From Catajapyx aquilonaris (Eukaryota), in contig KZ538114.1 of NCBI GenBank assembly GCA_000934665.2, positions 62,001-125,186 of the forward strand: a stretch of DNA of 63,186 nt, given 5' to 3'. A program made the position numbers and the translations under genes. The notes below the pieces were generated by a model. That model had not been told where the DNA came from. It was given only the letters and a program-made list of their open reading frames with translations, and did no database searches. The first letter of the stretch is position 1; each line of letters begins with the position of its first letter. Of the stretch, positions 50,705 to 63,186 are shown one piece after another.

Positions 50705-53700
50705 ATGTCCTTGGAAATGGACCCGACATGCAACCCAGTGGCAGACCTCATGTCGCAGGTTAGTCAAGTGCGATGCGGACATGAAAAGAACAAGCTAACA
50801 ATGTATGGAATAATTGCAGGACTCATGCCAGCCGTCAAGACAGTCGTACCGTGAGGAAGATGAGATTTCAGGTGATGCGGCCAAGACGGGCAAGAAGACT
50901 CAGGCGCAAGGTGCGGCTGCCACCATCTCGCAGGAGCCGGGGTCGTCGTCGGGGCCTGGGGGTGACTTTCGGTCCTTCGATATAGTGAAGGCGACTCAGT
51001 ATGGGTCGCTGGAAAGGTGCAAAGACTTGCTGGAGAACTGTGGGTTTGATGTGAACCAGAGGGATGCGGAGAACGTCACTCTGCTCCATTGGGCCTCTAT
51101 CAACAACAGGAAGGAGATCGTTAGGTACTATGTAGCACAAGGGGCCATGATTGATGCGCTTGGAGGGGAACTTGTGTCCACGCCTTTGCACTGGGCCACC
51201 AGGCAGGTAAGAGACCCGTTTTATCAAGCAACGGCTTCGTTTCACTGTTGCCATGTATTTTGTGTAGGGACATTTAGGCATGGTGGTTCTTCTTATACAA
51301 CTTGGTGCGGACCCCTCCATCCGTGATGGGGAAGGCTGCTCATGTATTCACTTAGCCGCACAATTTGGCCACACAGCCATTGTTGCATACATTCTGGCCA
51401 AGGGTGCTAATGTGAATATGCAGGATCGCAATGGGATGACTGCCCTTATGTGGAGTGCCTATCGAGTGACCAGCCTGGATCCGACTCGTCTACTTCTGAC
51501 CTTTGGAGCATCAACCTCTCTGCAGGTAATTTTTGCAGTGATTTTTTTCACACTGCAATTGTTACAGTTCTGCCACGGTGGCAAACTGGTTAGCACCTTA
51601 GCTTTCCGCCTGAGTCTGTCAATTTCTGGGTTCTTTCCTTTCACATTATTGGGTACTTGCCACTCCTGTTCTACTTGTGCAACCGAGAATAGTTTCCTTA
51701 TGGTCATCATTAGTTGAACTATAAAAATTGAATTATGACTGACTTCTTCATTTACAGGACAAGTTTCATGGCAACACTGCTTTGCACTGGGCAGTCCTGG
51801 CGAAGAACCACACTGCTGTCTCTACACTTGTCAACATTGCAGGGGCCAGCTTGGAGATACCCAATGCTCAGGGAGAGATAGTGTACTCCATGCTGCAGGG
51901 GGCCAAGGGTCAATGGATAGGAAGGAAGGTGCAAGAGAAGGTGGAGGAGATTGGAGGGAGGAGGAGGGGCAAGTGCTGGAGGATCCAGGGCGACAAGGTA
52001 CAGGTGTGCTCAACAACATAAACTTCTACTATTACAACTTCTTCCCAAGTCCCCACGTAGCCAACTCTTTACTGAAAGGAACCACCACTGGTGTTGACGT
52101 CTGTGCTTCTTATTCCATCTTGCATGCAACTTCCAGTTTTGTAGGCTTAGCCTCTCAAGTGGTTCGGAATATTCTGGTCAGCATGGTGGTAATTTTTGGA
52201 TACTCTGCATCCTTTAACACTAGCAAGAAACACTTGGTCAGGACTTATTCTTAGATGGGATAACACTTGCAAGGAAATTAAAATTCTCAGGAACATGACT
52301 GACCAGCAAGATGAAGTCTTCCCCAATAGATCTAGAAGTAACAAGAGTAAATGGTAGTACACATAATACAGTAATTTTCAGCATTTTGACTTTAGTTAGT
52401 ATTGTTCAGTGCAGCGTCTAGAAATCCCTGCATTTCTACTCTATGCCACAGTATTTGTATCTCAACAAAACCAAGGCATTTGAGTTGCTTCCACTCCCTG
52501 GGCGAACCCATATCATTGTGAAGTGAGAATTGTGGTTTTGATGTGTGCACATGAATAGATTATTTCATTATGTGTAAAGTTTTTTTATGCAAAGGAGGTT
52601 AACATTTACAAAAAGATTTGCTAAAATCTGATACACCCACTTGAGAGGTTAGCCTCTTTTAGTGGGCTTCATTATCCTGAAATACATTAATGCTGTTTTC
52701 ACTAAACAAGAATAGATAACATACTTTTATCTGAATTGTACATGTGACTTACCTATACAATTATCAAAAGTTGTCATGAGCCTACTGTTATGACAAATCA
52801 TATCATGCTTGATTAGTTGAACCTAAATTACTTTTGGGTATCAATATCAGGATTCTAAAAGCATGTTTGCCAATTTAGGGACTTGTCTGCATTTTATAAT
52901 ATGGTAATGAAGAAACAGACATACCCACTTGAGAGGTTAAATGTTATGGAGAGTACATATTTTTTATGTGTGCAGAGAGAGTGACCCAATACCTCATGAT
53001 CCACCCCTGCCTTTCTGTTTCTTCCCATCTCCCATGTCTGTCTGTATTTCTGTGGCTTGGCCTCCCTGGGTGTTGGCCCATGGTCTGGCCTCTGGGTACA
53101 ATGACCCCAGTGCATCTTGTGCCCGTGCCCTGGGGTGCGCTGGGGCCCTGCCCCCCCTTCCCTCTATCGGCTTGTGGTGCTGAGCATCCCTCAGGTAGAA
53201 GTGACGCTCAGCGAGAAAAGGAAACTGCGGGCAGAGAGATGCATTCAGGTGCTGCCCTCTCTATCTGTATTTCTGCCTCTCTTGCTATGGCCTCAAGGTT
53301 ATCGTGAATTCCCCCTTTCTTCGGTGTTCACTCTCTTCTACACCAAGTCTTTCTCTCTCTTTCTCTCCTCTCTCTGCAATAATATTGTGCATGTGCACCC
53401 CCACAATGCATGCTCCTGACAATCCACAAACCTGAGTTGTGACTTATTTTTTTGTTATTCTCCACATTCTCGTGAGAGTCAGTTTTACGAGGGGGGTTGT
53501 AAACTATTTTGTGAATCACTTTATTGACAACATGAAGATATATTTGAACATCATTAATATTAATTTATAGGTTTTTTTCACATATTTTACAGACTACCTG
53601 TGCAGTCTGTAGCACATGTTTAACAAATTACAGTTCACAACAAAATTAGGAGACACTACTGACTGGCTAACGTGTAAAAAAAAAATGCTATGCATATAAC

Positions 53701-56428
53701 CCCACCATTCTTGCATCTGAATGACACAAAATATTTCTGATTTTTGTCATACCATAATATGCTGAGCCAGGCACAACAAATTCATCGAATTATGCCCTTT
53801 TCAGGGAGTAGGGAACAGGGAAAGTTGGGAAGAGTTTTACTTTTGAACCTGATATTTTAAGAATGAAATGCCTTATTTTGAAGTTTTCGTGTACATAGAT
53901 TTTTTTATGCCACCAATATAAAGTGCAGAAAACCAAACGACGATCTGACATCATCGTTTCTTCCATTGTTGCTTTTTGTTGCTACTGTTTACTCATATTG
54001 TACTGCGAGGGTATTTCCATGGAAACCTTGATGATGTCAGATCGCCGTTTCGTTTCCCGCACTGTAGACCTGAAAAATAATATCACAGCTACTTTGTGAG
54101 ATCAGAGTGCATGTATTGCCTATGAAAGATGTTAATAATCATGCAAAATGAGCCTGTGTGACGCACTAGTTTAATTGCCTAATCAAGTTCTCAGGCCAAT
54201 GCTGTATTGAAAAAGTTGCAAGAGAGGTTCAACTGTCAGCATTTCTGAAGCACATGTAATCAAAAGTGGTGTACAAAGTTCTGTGATGTTTTATACTGAG
54301 ACCATAACTCTGCGTTGATTAATGGTGACGATAATTATGTAGTGTGCAAGTATGAAAGCATTTGTCCACAATGTGCATTATCTTGGCACTTGGAACCATT
54401 CCTGCAATAAACTCTGCAATTGCTACTTTTTAATGCACTCCAGTTGTAGGAAGAATTTGCATGAGCAGTTTCCTTTGAATACTAAAGCAATGAACCCTGT
54501 TTAAGTTGAATTGTACATTATGCCAACTTAATCAGGCTTCTCTGCAACTGACATATGTACATGGGGACAAAGTGCGATGGACATCCTTTTCTTGTCATAC
54601 CCCCCACAGAGGCTACGTTTCTGGTGCATGGTAGGATTCCCTTTCCTGGCCTTCTATGCTGTGGGACAGGTCCTGCAGTCTGCCCTGCCATACATAGCCA
54701 AATTGTGCATCTTTCTGGGCATGATCCTGGTCACACACCTGGGAGCACAGGTTTTCTTTGACCAGCGCCTGATGACCCTTCTGCCTATGGCCACTTACCT
54801 AGCCACAAAGGTAAGTGCAAGGCCCAATCTTCATCTTGAAGCTAACCAAACTATATTTGGAGATCACGGATTGAAATATTTAGGTTACATTGGAATATCT
54901 TGCTCTCTACATTTGCCTGTTTTCAGTTCTGGATGTATGTGACATGGGCAGTTTGGATAATGCCATGCGTGGACTTAACTGTGACGGTGGCCTTTGTGTT
55001 ATGCTCCCTGGTTTTGTGGTTTAACTTCCTCAAATCGTGGAGAGGTGACCCTGGTGTTATAAATGGCTCCAGAGAGGATAAATACAGAACCATAATCGAC
55101 CTAGCTGAAAGGACAGGATTTGACCCACAGTGGTTCTGCAGCACATGCTTGGTTAGGAGACCAATCAGATCGAAGCATTGTTCTGTGTGCAACCGTTGTG
55201 TGGCCAAATTTGACCACCACTGCCCCTGGGTTGGGAACTGCATTGGTAAGTAACCATGCCTTTTCTCTTGGTCAAAGGTGGTGACAAAAATTTTGTTGAT
55301 AATTACCAAATTGTGTTAACATTATTTCATGAAACATGTTTGTGACTCTTATTATTATTGCAGTTGTTTCAAGAGTATATTTAAGGACCCATACACTGTT
55401 AGCCAATGACTACAAGCTTTGATTTAAATTATTTTGGTTAGAAATATGAAGACCCATTTGATACTGTGTATCCCAAATGCTTTTATTTTTAGTGTGAGAA
55501 ATATGACACAATTTGAAGTTAGTTGATTTAGTAATAATATCTGACCTGCTTGAGGTGGGCTGAGTCTGAGAGATTAATATTAATATTGCATTATGCAGGG
55601 TGTTTCTCAGCTAAAGTGTACAGTCCCAGCAGCAGAGACAAGGGAGAGTTAATGGATTGGTCGCCTATGACTGATGTAATGATAGTCGAAATGCAGTAAA
55701 AGGTATCGGAAGTCCAAAGGTTTGTGCCAAGTCTAAACTGGAGTCTGAATTTAAACCAAGGCAGGGGTGACTCATTCATCAACTTGTCTACTTCATCTTT
55801 ACTGCTGGAATCATCAACTTCGGTAGAAAACCCCCCCTGTACATGTCGGTACTCCATGTTTCAAAATGATGTGGGACACCATTCAATTAAATTACCATTC
55901 ATTGAGTACTTGAACTTCTTTCCAGGCTTGAAGAACCACCGCTACTTTGTGGGCTACCTGCTGTGCCTGTCTGTAATGACAGTGTTCATGATGTATGGAT
56001 GTGTCCAGTTCTGGGAAGTAGGCTGTAAGGCCCACTTCTCCCAAGGAGTTTGGTCTGCTCTGGGCCAGGCTGTCACCTGCCAGCCTTGGGTTGCTTGGGT
56101 TGCTGTCAACTCTGCCTTGCACACGACCTGGGTCACCACCCTCACATGCTGCCAGCTGTACCAAATTCTCTACCTGGGAATGACAACAAATGAGCGCATG
56201 AATAGTGGAAGATACAAGCACTTCCAGGCCATGGCAACTGGCAAGTCTGGTCGTGCCAGGTCCCCATTTCATCGAGGGTTGCTTCAGAATGCAGCTGATT
56301 TTGTTGGGATTGGGTGCTTTGGGCTGGTTCGGCCTGACCCGACTGACTGGATGAGCCGCTTTGAGGTCGGGGAGTGCATAGAGGAAGTCCCACTCCTTGC
56401 TCCCAAGGATAACTATCAGTATGTCTAG
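50705..56428 (+). CDS. ZDHHC17: Palmitoyltransferase ZDHHC17/HIP14 (ankyrin repeats plus DHHC)
   Basis: Exons 50705-50758, 50820-51206, 51268-51525, 51758-51997, 54610-54810, 54927-55245 and 55926-56428; [34 protein letters not shown]-terminal YQYV. Confidence 0.96.
53921..54064. mobile_element. TA-flanked MITE
   Basis: TIRs agtgcagaaaaccaaacgacgatctgacatcatc / gatgatgtcagatcgccgtttcgtttcccgcactg. Confidence 0.75.
55596..55839. mobile_element. Possible decayed Tc1-like MITE
   Basis: Weak TIRs cagggtgtttct / agaaaacccccctg-TA. Confidence 0.35.
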
Positions 56429-57142
56429 GAGAGTTTGGCCCAGGGGCATGCCTCTGGGCCAACAGAGAAGCTCACATTGTGGGAGTTTCTAAAGGAAGGA
56501 GATGATTAGGGCACACATCTTTGGGAGTGGAAAGAGCAGAAGGACAAATTATTATATAAGATGGTCTACACCTAGTGCACAGGTGAATAAGTGAACGCGT
56601 CACTTGTGGTTGCCTACAGCCTGTCTGGTACATGGCTTGATTTGGCACCTCTCTGACCAAAAGATAAAGACATGGATTTTCCGCACATCTAACATGTTAC
56701 GTGTCCCAGATATCCATTTATAAGTTTTTATCAGCATTTTGATGCCATCTGTAAGCTATGTATGAATATTATTGCATATTGCTTTTATAACCCATATTTA
56801 CCAAGTAATGTTGATGGAGCCATTGACGTCATTTCCTCTATATAGAAGACTGGCATATTCTAATGAGAAGTAGTGGGCTATTACACATGGGTAAATCTGG
56901 GGGGAAAAAAAGGGAAAAGGGAGATGAAGGTCTAGCCCATTTTTTCACACTTCCAAATGTAATTCGTTAGTCAATTCAAGCATTAGGCATGAACAAGTTA
57001 TATTGAGATTTTTTTTCACTCAATTACTGATATCTTTCTACAGTATTTGGAAAACTTGCTACTTTTATGGCTGTTTTTACCTCTACAGCTTCATCAACAG
57101 CTATAAAGATTAGTGATAGAATGCTGAAAAAATTTAGCCAGC

Positions 57143-57191
<49 letters not shown>

Positions 57192-57205
57192 GTAATAATA
57201 ATAAT
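57143..57205. repeat. (AAT)n microsatellite
   Basis: Direct tandem repeat. Confidence 0.95.
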
Positions 57206-59016
57206 ATATCGGATGAAGTAGCATGAAATATTGATGTAAGACACTCTGAATATAGCACTTTCCTTCCAGTGCATTGCTATTAACTGTATGGATATGCTTA
57301 TGACTAATTGTCACCTTTGCATTCATCATCTTTGCATTGTAAGCACAATGTCTCTGTTTCAGAATGACAAAAATTTATTCATGGTAAAGAATTACGGTAC
57401 CTACGTAGCCCATTTGAATGCTATCACCAATGAAGCTTTGGTTAGAAACATTTATCACTAAAGTTTAATTCAGTAATTGGACACCGTGGTTCTAATGCTG
57501 TCAATTGTAAAGTTACATGACTTACAGATGGTTCATTTGGTGGTTGGAAGTACAAGGCTTTCCTCTACCTCTTTTTTTATATAATTAATATCCAATGTGG
57601 ACTTATGTGGACTTGAACCTGACAGTCTACTGTGTGTGGGCTGTCTTCTAGTCACTTCTCATTTTTCTATTACGATTTAATGCATTAAGTAGACAAGAAG
57701 CATTTTTTTCCCCACCCCCGACAGTTTATAATCCTCTAGGCTTTAATAGTATTAGTATGAATCATTATTTGCTGGCTGCAATATTGTCCCCCCAACAATA
57801 TATTGCCTGCCTGATTTATGGGCAGGGAAATAGACTGATTTTTCCAGGACTCGACAGTGTTGTCATGTGAATGTAAATATACATATCTCGCATCTTTTCA
57901 TCGTGTGATTTTGTGTAGCTGTCCGTCAATTTATATGTACAGCATATTGTTTACACACTCTTTTTTATGTTTGTTGGCATATGTGTATGTAAGAAGAGAA
58001 ATATGGGAGTGGCAAACTGATTATAATATTGCACTCTGGTTTATTCGCCCTATGCAACAAGTATATTGTATGCATCAATGTCATTCCAGTTTCCATTTGT
58101 GGGAAATATATTTATGTGCCACATGTATTGTTGTAGCAACAATGAGCACAAATAATTTTGTTTCTGTCAGCAAAACTTGTTTCTTCCCCATGCTGTGATA
58201 AACGTGAACTGCCCGTCCTAAAGTGGGGATGACATCACAACAATCACCAGGCTACTATTGCAAAAAAAATAAAAAGATAGCCAAAAAACGACACTCTCTG
58301 CACCTCTTTCCTATCAACTTGAACGTGACATCTTTTACTGACCGGTTGACTTTTGTAAATGAGGCAAGTAGTTACTGCTTTTTGGATCATCCTTACATTA
58401 GAACTGACAGAACAATCAGGACACTTTTTTGATGTGTGTTTAGAAGTAAGTGCCGTTACATGTGACTTTTTTTTCTTCTTTTGTGGCAGTATTTGAACAT
58501 TTTTAATGGTCTTGGTGTGGGCGGGAAAGTAAAGTTACTGTACAGAAAATGTTCAACCCCAGTGTGGAACAAGTGTATTGTTATGTAAAGGCATTGTGGT
58601 AATGCACCTTTTAATTAAAATAATTTGGTAACATGAGCTGATATGCTCGTCTTAATTTGATGAAAAAAGCATTTCATTCCAGGATTTTTCTTTCTCTCAC
58701 TTTTTTTGGGAGGAGGTATGGCACAAAGAGCTTAATACATGGCATTGTTGCAAATGACCAATTGAGATTATAATAACAAGATTTGCAATATTACCATAGT
58801 AACATTATAAACAGTGCTGATGTCTCCAGTCTATTGGAGATCGGGATTACCTTGCATGTGAAAGCCTCTGTAATAACTAAATCGTGGTAGATCAGGTAAC
58901 TACGAGCATATCTTTATCCTTCTGATTATTACTGCATTATGATTTCTCATGGCAGTTGAAGAAAAGCAGTGAAAGAGGCATTTGCCATTCAAACAAAGAG
59001 AACTTGCATTTGTGGC

Positions 59017-60585
59017 ATGTCCAGTCCCAAACGTGAGTTCAAATGTGCAGAGAGGAAAACCATGCAGAAGTCTCAAATATGCTACAACTTCAACAACATT
59101 AATACCGGTAGTAAGTGTCACTTTTCTCTTCGAAATGATGCAGGATCGTTTAGATTTTAGAGCATCCAGTTGAGCAGTTCCTTGTTGAGGGTAACCTGAG
59201 AGATCCTGTTAGGTGTTTTAACAAAGTCAATGACAAAATAACGTATAATATTATATATTAATTTTTAGAAATTGACATATAGAAATTGTACATGATTGTC
59301 AGAAATTATATTTTTATCCAAAGGACCCTCAGTTCATTATTTTGCAATTATTGACATTTGCAGATCGCCATAGGACGAAGCAGCAGAGTCACTCGCTGAT
59401 AGAGATGCCTGCACCAAGATCTGTGATTCTGTCTAACAACCGAAGTCTAGCAAAAAAACTGGAGAGGGTTAAGTTACTCAACGTGCAGCTAGAAAAGATT
59501 GTTGTTGAGAAGAAGAGAGAAATTCTTGAACTGGCATCAGCACTGAGGCATGTCAAACAAGCATGTAAAAGAAAAACAAAGGAGATTTCGGCACTGAAGG
59601 TATGGTTATTACTATTTGTCAATGTTACTTTGATTTAAATAATCACATTTAATATTAATTATATAGGGACAGATCAACCAATTCAAAGCTGGATTTCAGC
59701 GAGTTTTGGGTGAAATCAAAGTAGTTTCTCATACACTTAGTGGCTCAAGGGATTCCAGCAACAGTAGTGTGTCTCCTGGCACTTCTCGTGGTACGTGTTG
59801 GAGTCGTAGTAACCATTCTCTCTGTATCTAATGTTAAACAATGTTATAGTGTCTGGTGAGTCTGATGTGGACATCTCTTCATGCTTCCCTGTTGTCAATG
59901 AGGTGCAGGAACAGACTCGAACAGACGTTGTTAGAATCAAGAAGAGGCGGAAATGCATGAGTCCATTGGACTGCTTAAAAGAAGATAAGTATTCCAGCAT
60001 TGTGGAGGATCTTGAAGAGCTTGATGTCACACCAAGTGAAACTGAACCTCAGATATCCGCATCAGAGCAAGAATCTGGACAAGTCACTCCTGAAAAGAGG
60101 TACCAGTACCATGAAGATGATGATAGAGCATCAGTTGAGAGTGACTTTCAGGCCAATTTCCCATCACCAGAATCAGAATTGCTCTCTTCTGGAACTGAAG
60201 AAATTTATAGAAATCCTGGTGGGCTATTTTATTAATTAATATGTGTGTGCTTGAACACACTATGCTAATACTTATTGTTTGTAATGTTGCAGTATGTGCC
60301 TTTACTGCAGATGTGGGAGCCGTTCAGATTAAGAATAAGCCCAAGGTGAGGGACTGCAATTATCAGGATGAATACAGGCAGAAGAGGGCAAGAAGGCAAA
60401 GCGCCGAAATAAGCATAACATCCGCATCAGTGGCAACAGAACGTCCGCAGCGACGAATGTCTGCTCCTGGCTATTACAAAGAGCCCTCTCTTCTGAAGTA
60501 CGTAGATATTCTTGCCTATTTGACTTACTCGCATATTATTGAAATATTACTGTCCAACTACAGGAAGCTGCGCCGATATGACTGA
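59017..60585 (+). CDS. Shugoshin (Sgo/MEI-S332 family)
   Basis: Exons ~59017-59110, 59364-59599, 59667-59790, 59850-60218, 60311-60497 and 60564-60585; N-terminal coiled coil NNRSLAKKL and C-terminal SGO motif RPQRR...YYKEPSLLKKLRR formed across the last splice junction. Confidence 0.85.
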
Positions 60586-60859
60586 CGAATGAAAGGTTAT
60601 TATGAGAGTGTCAGGTGTGTGAAGATATAGGATCATCGTCATGGAATCACCTCAGTACATGCAGGAAGGTAGTTTGGTCTAAATGTCAAATTTGTTTAAA
60701 TGTTCCATAGAGGTTCACAAGTTTGTAAAGATTTTACCATTGTGTTCTACTGCATATGTGTATTAATATGCTGTGTACTTACACTAAATATTGTTCTACA
60801 TGTCTTACGTGGTCTTACTGAAGTTTGTATTATTTGTAAGAGTTATTACAGAGGAAAAT

Positions 60860-61181
60860 GTTTGTGTACTCGGCGGCGATTTGGCGATCCCGTCCGGCGA
60901 ATTCCTGCGGTTGATATTCTCAAGAACATGTTGAAAGAGCGCGCAGCGGTGGTGAGCGGCGGTTCTTCCTTCCGATTGGTCGAAACGAGTGCGGCGCTCT
61001 GGTGACGTCACAATCAATTCTTTGCCCCCCCCACCTCCCCCCCCCACACAAGTTCGTGAGTGCTTCCATCTGTCGTTGCTGGGCGCCAGTTCCTTTCTTT
61101 TTCCCTGTGGGCCGCTCGCTCGCTTGCCTGCCACACCAGCCGGGGTCTCCCTCTCCAAGCCTCTCTCCGAAGGAGGTAAGT
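60860..61181 (+). promoter_or_regulatory. CpG-rich promoter and probable non-coding first exon of the next gene
   Basis: ATTGG near 60975, TGACGTCA at 61003, strong donor GAG|GTAAGT at 61175. Confidence 0.5.
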
Positions 61182-62978
61182 CCAGGTTTGGGGTGGTTCG
61201 AGCCCAGGGGCGGCCCAAAGACACCTGGAGCCCATCAGGGGGTTGGGAAGGACGGGCACTGTGGCTGTTCCATTTTTTGCAAGGGGGTGAATAGAACGTT
61301 TATTGTCTGGTGGCGCAGTTGCACTTTTTTTTTCTTTCTTTTTTTTTGGCGTGTGTGTCGGACCACGCCGGTTTGGGACTAGGCTAAGTTGCACCACAGG
61401 TCGTGGAGGGCAGGGAGGGTGTAGCAGTGCACAGGGGCGGCCCCTGCTTGGGCCTGGGGTGGGAACAGGCACTGAATTGGGGGTGCTAGAGCAGGTATGG
61501 AACACTTAATTTCCATTTTACACATTAAAATGGACACATGTTCTGAGAATGGCTTCAGAAAGAATAGTGGTAATGGAATTGGTTGGAGAGTCTCCTGCAG
61601 TGTGATTGCAGGGAAATTTTGGGCTATATGGTAATTTAGCTAAGCACACATTGAAATTAGTTGCTGGGGCAACAGCCAAAATGTGCATTGCAGGCTTGGA
61701 TTATTAGAGCTACGTGAGAACAGCTGCTGTTCCAGAGTAATTGTGAACTGGGGTTAACCAACAAGTACAGAACATGTACCGATTAGACTAGCATGAAATG
61801 CCAATGTGGTCCTTAGGTCTGGTTACACTGCCCTCCAGGATAATTTTTTGGGGGGGTGGAAAAGAATATTCGAAATTTGTTATTCACTGTTGGCAATGAA
61901 TCATGTAAAGCAGCACTTCAGGTTCTCATTCACTTCAAACAGTCTGAATTGAGTGTAACAGTGGCATTTTTTTCTATCAAAACATGTAAATTTTATGTGT
62001 TTGTGGCTCAGTCAAGATTCATTGCAATGCAGATACCCATTACGAAACAATAGGCCTCTAGAGATCACGACTATGAGTACATTGCTAAACTCATCGCTGT
62101 CGGCACTACTGAGCACTTCTATTGGTTACGTATTGTTAAATCTGAACTTGGTGCTGACAGCGCTGAGTTTAGCAACATACGCTATGCAATGCTTGTGGTG
62201 TCTTCCAGTACCTTGGACATGTTCAGGCACCGGAATAGTGTCGATTGTATGCTACTCAATCAATATGGCTCGTGCATTTTTTACTCTTGCCTCATGTTCT
62301 CATTATCTTGCGCGTATATTACCATATATTGGTTGGTGCCGGTTGTTTACGCAGCAGGGATGGGATATCAATAGCGTCATATCTAATAAGAACAGCTACT
62401 TCCATGATTAGAACTACCCGTGGTCAGTAGTGCTTACGAAATTTGGGGTCCCAACATGGCGCTCAGCGGAAGCATGAAATGTAGAGTAGAATCAATTGCA
62501 ACATTGTGCAGCGCAGTGTTTAATAGATATGATCTTCACATATATCTGGGCAACTTGTGGCGCAGCAAAGGCTGTGATAAGTCGTTGACCCCCAGCATCT
62601 TTATTGTAACACTGAACTGATACTGTGAACCTAGGATTCATCCTTGACTCATTGCATCTCTCAAGGTAATTCCTGAACCTAGTTTTGCTTTCCAGCTGTC
62701 ATTTAATTCAGTCTGGAAGAAGTAAAGGCCTGTTCATGTAATGCCATTACTGTGGTCAACTAAGGTTGTGGTACAGTTTTCTGGATTTGATTATTTAGGC
62801 CTCGTGTGTGCTTGTGATTGATAGGTAATGTCTTCTATGACGTCAGCTCTTCTCTCCAGCTATGGCAGTGGTAGAACTGATACCATCATATAAACAACAT
62901 GGAGGTGCCTAGTCTGAATGTTTCTCAACAGCTTTGAATGCACTTTGTGGATCATTAATTCCTGCTGCTCCGCTTATA

Positions 62979-63186
62979 CAGGGTGGTCCAACTTTTTTGT
63001 CCGAACAGCTATTGACAAATTCGGCTTAAGCTGCTTATGTTGTAGTGCGTTACCTGGCAACCCCGGCCGGCGGGCCAATTCAAACATCAGCCCATGGAGA
63101 GCGCTTCCATTGTTGCCACTGTTTACAAATCGAGTGAGTGACGCGGACGACACAGCGACGGGTCTCTGCCTGCTTACACATCAGTA
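62979..63186. mobile_element. Probable left end of a Tc1/mariner-like element
   Basis: TA-CAGGGTGGTCCA terminus; the other end is outside the window. Confidence 0.35.

Noticed and set aside
52635..52939. 17-bp direct repeat acccacttgagaggtta
   Set aside because: Only two copies with no supporting structure; not an array
1..63186. CRISPR array, operon or prokaryotic defence system
   Set aside because: No spaced repeat arrays; all genes are intron-containing eukaryotic genes

Overview
Gene-dense animal (most likely arthropod) nuclear DNA with short GT-AG introns; not prokaryotic, and no CRISPR array or operon. I rebuilt 13 spliced gene models by hand: HMMR (5' part), a small Cys/His zinc-binding protein resembling Drosophila CG13380, YJU2/CCDC94, HARS, an orphan ~1023-aa secreted Pro/Gln/Ser/Thr-rich protein, PAWR/Par-4, UNC50 (with a beta-1,3-galactosyltransferase nested antisense in its large intron), EMC7, a vanin/biotinidase-family hydrolase, INO80B, ZDHHC17/HIP14 and a shugoshin. 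The probable first exon of a further gene lies near 61 kb. Introns hold four tRNA-derived SINEs, a deleted mariner and about ten MITEs. I found no clearly new multi-gene system. The most notable observations are: four SINEs built from swapped modules, three of them sharing a 3' stem-loop; a hidden alternative HARS exon encoding a likely mitochondrial presequence; the nested Golgi gene pair; the Cys-free orphan secreted protein; and vertebrate-like CpG-rich promoters with CRE, CCAAT, YY1 and CHR motifs. Gene identities come from recalled motifs, not database searches.
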